In this document: positions 60,518 to 64,000 of the stretch, one piece after another
Layout: each line of letters starts with the position of its first letter
Numbering within the stretch: the first letter of the stretch is position 1
Source of the DNA: Eledone cirrhosa
Lineage: Eukaryota
DNA: 64,000 bases
Reading direction: 5' to 3'
Assembly (NCBI GenBank): GCA_964016885.1
Contig: OZ024744.1
Location: 33,232,001 to 33,296,000, forward strand
Notes under the pieces: generated by a model
What the model was told of the DNA's origin: nothing
What the model saw: the letters and a program-made list of their open reading frames with translations, nothing else
Database searches by the model: none
Position numbers and translations under genes: made by a program

Positions 60518-60624
60518 ATTATATTATATTATATTATATTATATTATATTATATATTATATTATATATATATATATTATATATTATATATATATATATGT
60601 ATTATATATATATATGTATGTGTG

Positions 60625-60712
<88 letters not shown>

Positions 60713-60769
60713 TATATATTATATATATGTGTGTGTATATATTTATGTGTGTGTATATATATATGTATA

Positions 60770-60812
<43 letters not shown>

Positions 60813-61007
60813 ATGTGGGGGGTGAGTGTATATATACAAACACACAAACACGCACATACACACACATACACACACATACACGCACACATATATATATATA
60901 CATATACACACATATATATATATATGTACATATATATATATGTATGTATGTATATATATATGTATACTTTCTATACCTTTCATTTATAGATATATATATA
61001 GATATAT

Positions 61008-61185
61008 ATAACAAAGGAATTGTGGTAAGGAACAAAATGGACCATAACGCACCAGAGTACTCAATACTTAGGGTAGAAGAGTGGGAAATGGGAAAAAGTA
61101 TGACCCCGACGGCAGAACTCGAGCCGTTTCAGAAATACCCGTCGAAACGGCTTGAGCTCTACCGTCGGGGTTATACTTTTTCCTA
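61008..61185. mobile_element. Fold-back of the Hydra-like PLE 3' end
   Basis: Minus tail plus short inverted arms; ends tttccta. Confidence 0.82.
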
Positions 61186-61192
61186 TATATAT

Positions 61193-61708
61193 ACATAAAT
61201 ATTAAAACAATGAAATTAAACAAAAAAAAATGTTAATTCATAGTAAAACTCATTATTTTACGATCGTTTCTGGAGGGTAGTTCCCCGTATGTCCATTCTA
61301 TTATTGGTCTATATAAAATATATTACAAAATATCATAGTAAGAAAAGATACATACGTCTTCACTACCCGCCGTCTTCAGAAATAATGATTATTTCTGAAG
61401 ACGGCGGGTAGTGAAGACGTATGTATCTTTTCTTACTATGATATTTTGTAATATATTTTATATAGACCAATAATAGAATGGACATACGGGGAACTACCCC
61501 CCAGAAACGATCGTAAAATAATGAGTTTTACTATGAATTAACCGTTTTTTGTTTAATTTCATTGTTTTAATATTTGTACTTTTGACTCTGTATCCAATGA
61601 ATTATATCGTTGAAAATTTTGTATTTTAAACTTTGCTGCACGACATCTTCTACATACGGGTAATATTGAGTTCTTCATACGGTTTAGACCCTACCATTGA
61701 TTGGTAGA
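61193..61708 (+). mobile_element. Fold-back with a long-stem-II hammerhead
   Basis: Arms 61193-61386 / 61388-61578; attattt-CTGAAGA(61395)-~100 nt stem II-GAAA(61504)-CGATCG-TA-aaataat; tail ACTC(61585)..GAGT(61668). Confidence 0.87.
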
Positions 61709-61714
61709 TATATG

Positions 61715-61886
<172 letters not shown>

Positions 61887-62519
61887 CACATGTGTATATA
61901 CGTACATATATATGCATATAAAACTATTAATATAAAAGCCTCATGTATTTGTCCGTCACACACTAGAAAGATGACTGAAGAAGGAAGTGGTGTAGCGTCT
62001 AACATTCGCTACACCTGTGTGTGCATATGTATAGCGAATTGACTACACACATTGGCTTTTTAATGTTATGTTAATGTTTGTGTGTGTGTTTGTGTAAATT
62101 ATATTTATATATAATATTTGTGAGTGTATATATGTTTGTGTGTGTTTATTTAGAAGGATACATAGACAATAGAATTACAAACACACACGAATCTACACAT
62201 ACATATATAGACAGACACACTTAGAAAATATAATTATTACATACACACACATCTATGTAATGACTGAGGAAGGGGGGGTGAGAAATCATAGGAGTCCAGC
62301 GTCCTAAGATTCGTTAAACTTGTGTGTGTGTGTATGTGTAGGGATTTGGCTAGACCGTGTGTTTGTATGTTTGTATCACTTGTGTAAGTGAGCGTGAAGG
62401 AACCAACTAACCAACAAACAAGCAAACATTTCTTTTTTATACTATGCATAGATATTACAATTAGACGTAATTTTTGACGGCACAGAGCCAGACAGTATAT
62501 ATATATATATATATAAACA

Positions 62520-62930
62520 TATTATTCAAAATGTTAATAAATGAAAAATACTCTCATAATCAAAATACGTATATATTTTATTATACATATTTCAAAGGTA
62601 CAATGGTGTTTAAGTACGTTTTCATCAGACAAAATATATGATTTGATAAGTGACATACCGCTACTGTTTTGATTTTTCAATTCCAAATTATCAAAACCGT
62701 AGCGGTATGTCACTTATCATATATTTTGTCTGATGAAAACGTACTTAAACACCATAGTACCTTTGAAATATGTATAATAAAATATACATTTTGATTATGA
62801 GAGTATTTTTCATTTGTTAACATTTTGAATAATATTAAAAACTCCAGGAAAATCTATTGTTGAGTGCTTCTAATCTATTGTAATATTGTATTCGTTGATT
62901 AATCAATGAACCATATTAATCTTTGGGTAT
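62520..62930 (+). mobile_element. Hammerhead fold-back
   Basis: Arms about 62520-62673 / 62690-62834; CTGATGA 62730, GAAA 62765, TATGTA-TA-ataaaa; tail ACTC(62841)..GAGT(62862). Confidence 0.88.
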
Positions 62931-63013
62931 ATATAAACATATATAGAAAGAGCCATATATGTAACATGTAATTTATTTTTATGGAATAGATACACACATA
63001 CACACACAAGTGC

Positions 63014-63047
<34 letters not shown>

Positions 63048-63089
63048 GTGTGCGTGTGTGTATAGATCTATACATACACAAATATATAC

Positions 63090-63193
<104 letters not shown>

Positions 63194-64000
63194 AAGAGGG
63201 GAGTGGAATGAAATAGCACAACAATATATTTAAGTGTATGTTTTTCTTTTTTTCCATTTCTTTGATTCATCAAAATGACATTATTTGAAAAAATGAGAGG
63301 GACGATTCTTTAAAAAAAGAGTGTTATAATGTATATAATGTATATAAAGTATATAAAGTATAATTTATGTATTAATAAAATTCATCTTATCAAATGTTGA
63401 GCATTACATTTAAAATGAATGAATAAGGAATTGAAAACTAAAAATTAAAGATTTAAAATTAAGTGTTGAGGCAAAATTTGTTCATCTTCCTTGTTGAGAA
63501 GGAGACTGGAAAAATGAAATCTTGTGTATAGAGAGAGGTTTAGTCATGGTAGTAGCAGCAGCAGCAGCAGCAGCAGCGGTGGTAGGTGTGTTTTTTCATA
63601 CAGAACAAAATTGTTTTTAGGGACAGAGGAGAAATTCTGTAAATATGTATGTGTATCTCAATTGTGTTAATGGACTGGTCAAGAGTTCAGATGGAGATGG
63701 CGAAGAGACAACCCCCATCTAGAGACAAATTCTATGGGATTGGCAACAGTAGAGTTGTAAAAGAAATTCTATTTTGGGAATATGGTTGTAGAGAGTGTGA
63801 GTGTGTGAGTGTGAGAGTGTATATATAAAAACACACACGTGTGTGTGTATGTGTCTGTGTGTTTCAGCCTGTCTGTCACAGGTCCCTTTGTGGTGGGAAA
63901 TTAACAAAGACAGAGCAAAGCATAAGTGGTGGCTTTCAATCAGAAACTTTCGTAAAATATGTGTATGAGCAATTTTTCTCTCATTTCCTGGCATGTGTGT

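Noticed and set aside
63540-63590. (CAG)n tract as a poly-Gln/Ala host exon
   Set aside because: No supporting ORF or splice context; I could not identify any host exon in the window, though short exons cannot be excluded by eye

Overview
Repeat-dense eukaryotic DNA with no recognisable host gene. It is probably from an octopod cephalopod, inferred from the tRNA-derived SINE families and the very dense (TA)n/(CA)n tracts. Almost all long ORFs in the track are microsatellite read-throughs. Real coding remnants are all transposon-derived: RTE LINE fragments (1-1365, 18960-20117, 28780-29450), an R4/Dong-like RLE LINE (16019-17724), CRE-like and CR1-like scraps, a near full-length Tx1/L1-like LINE (48868-54182), and several Penelope-like elements (PLEs), one with an uninterrupted RT plus GIY-YIG ORF (12109-13595, minus strand). 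There is also a composite non-autonomous Helitron (5625-7983). The dominant signal not explained by ORFs is more than 25 fold-back insertions from at least 10 sequence-unrelated families, most sitting inside (TA)n. They share one architecture: inverted short arm, junction, sense arm usually carrying all or part of a minimal hammerhead ribozyme, then a 70-130 nt tail. Several families carry family-wide non-canonical hammerhead cores (U3-A8, U4C, U4A) or very long stem II. Most tails begin with a covarying RCTC...GAGY stem just after an internal TA where the short arm stops. Some units are terminally redundant and resemble retrozymes. All structures were read by eye and need folding, covariance and cleavage tests. 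One assembly gap lies at 1520-1720.
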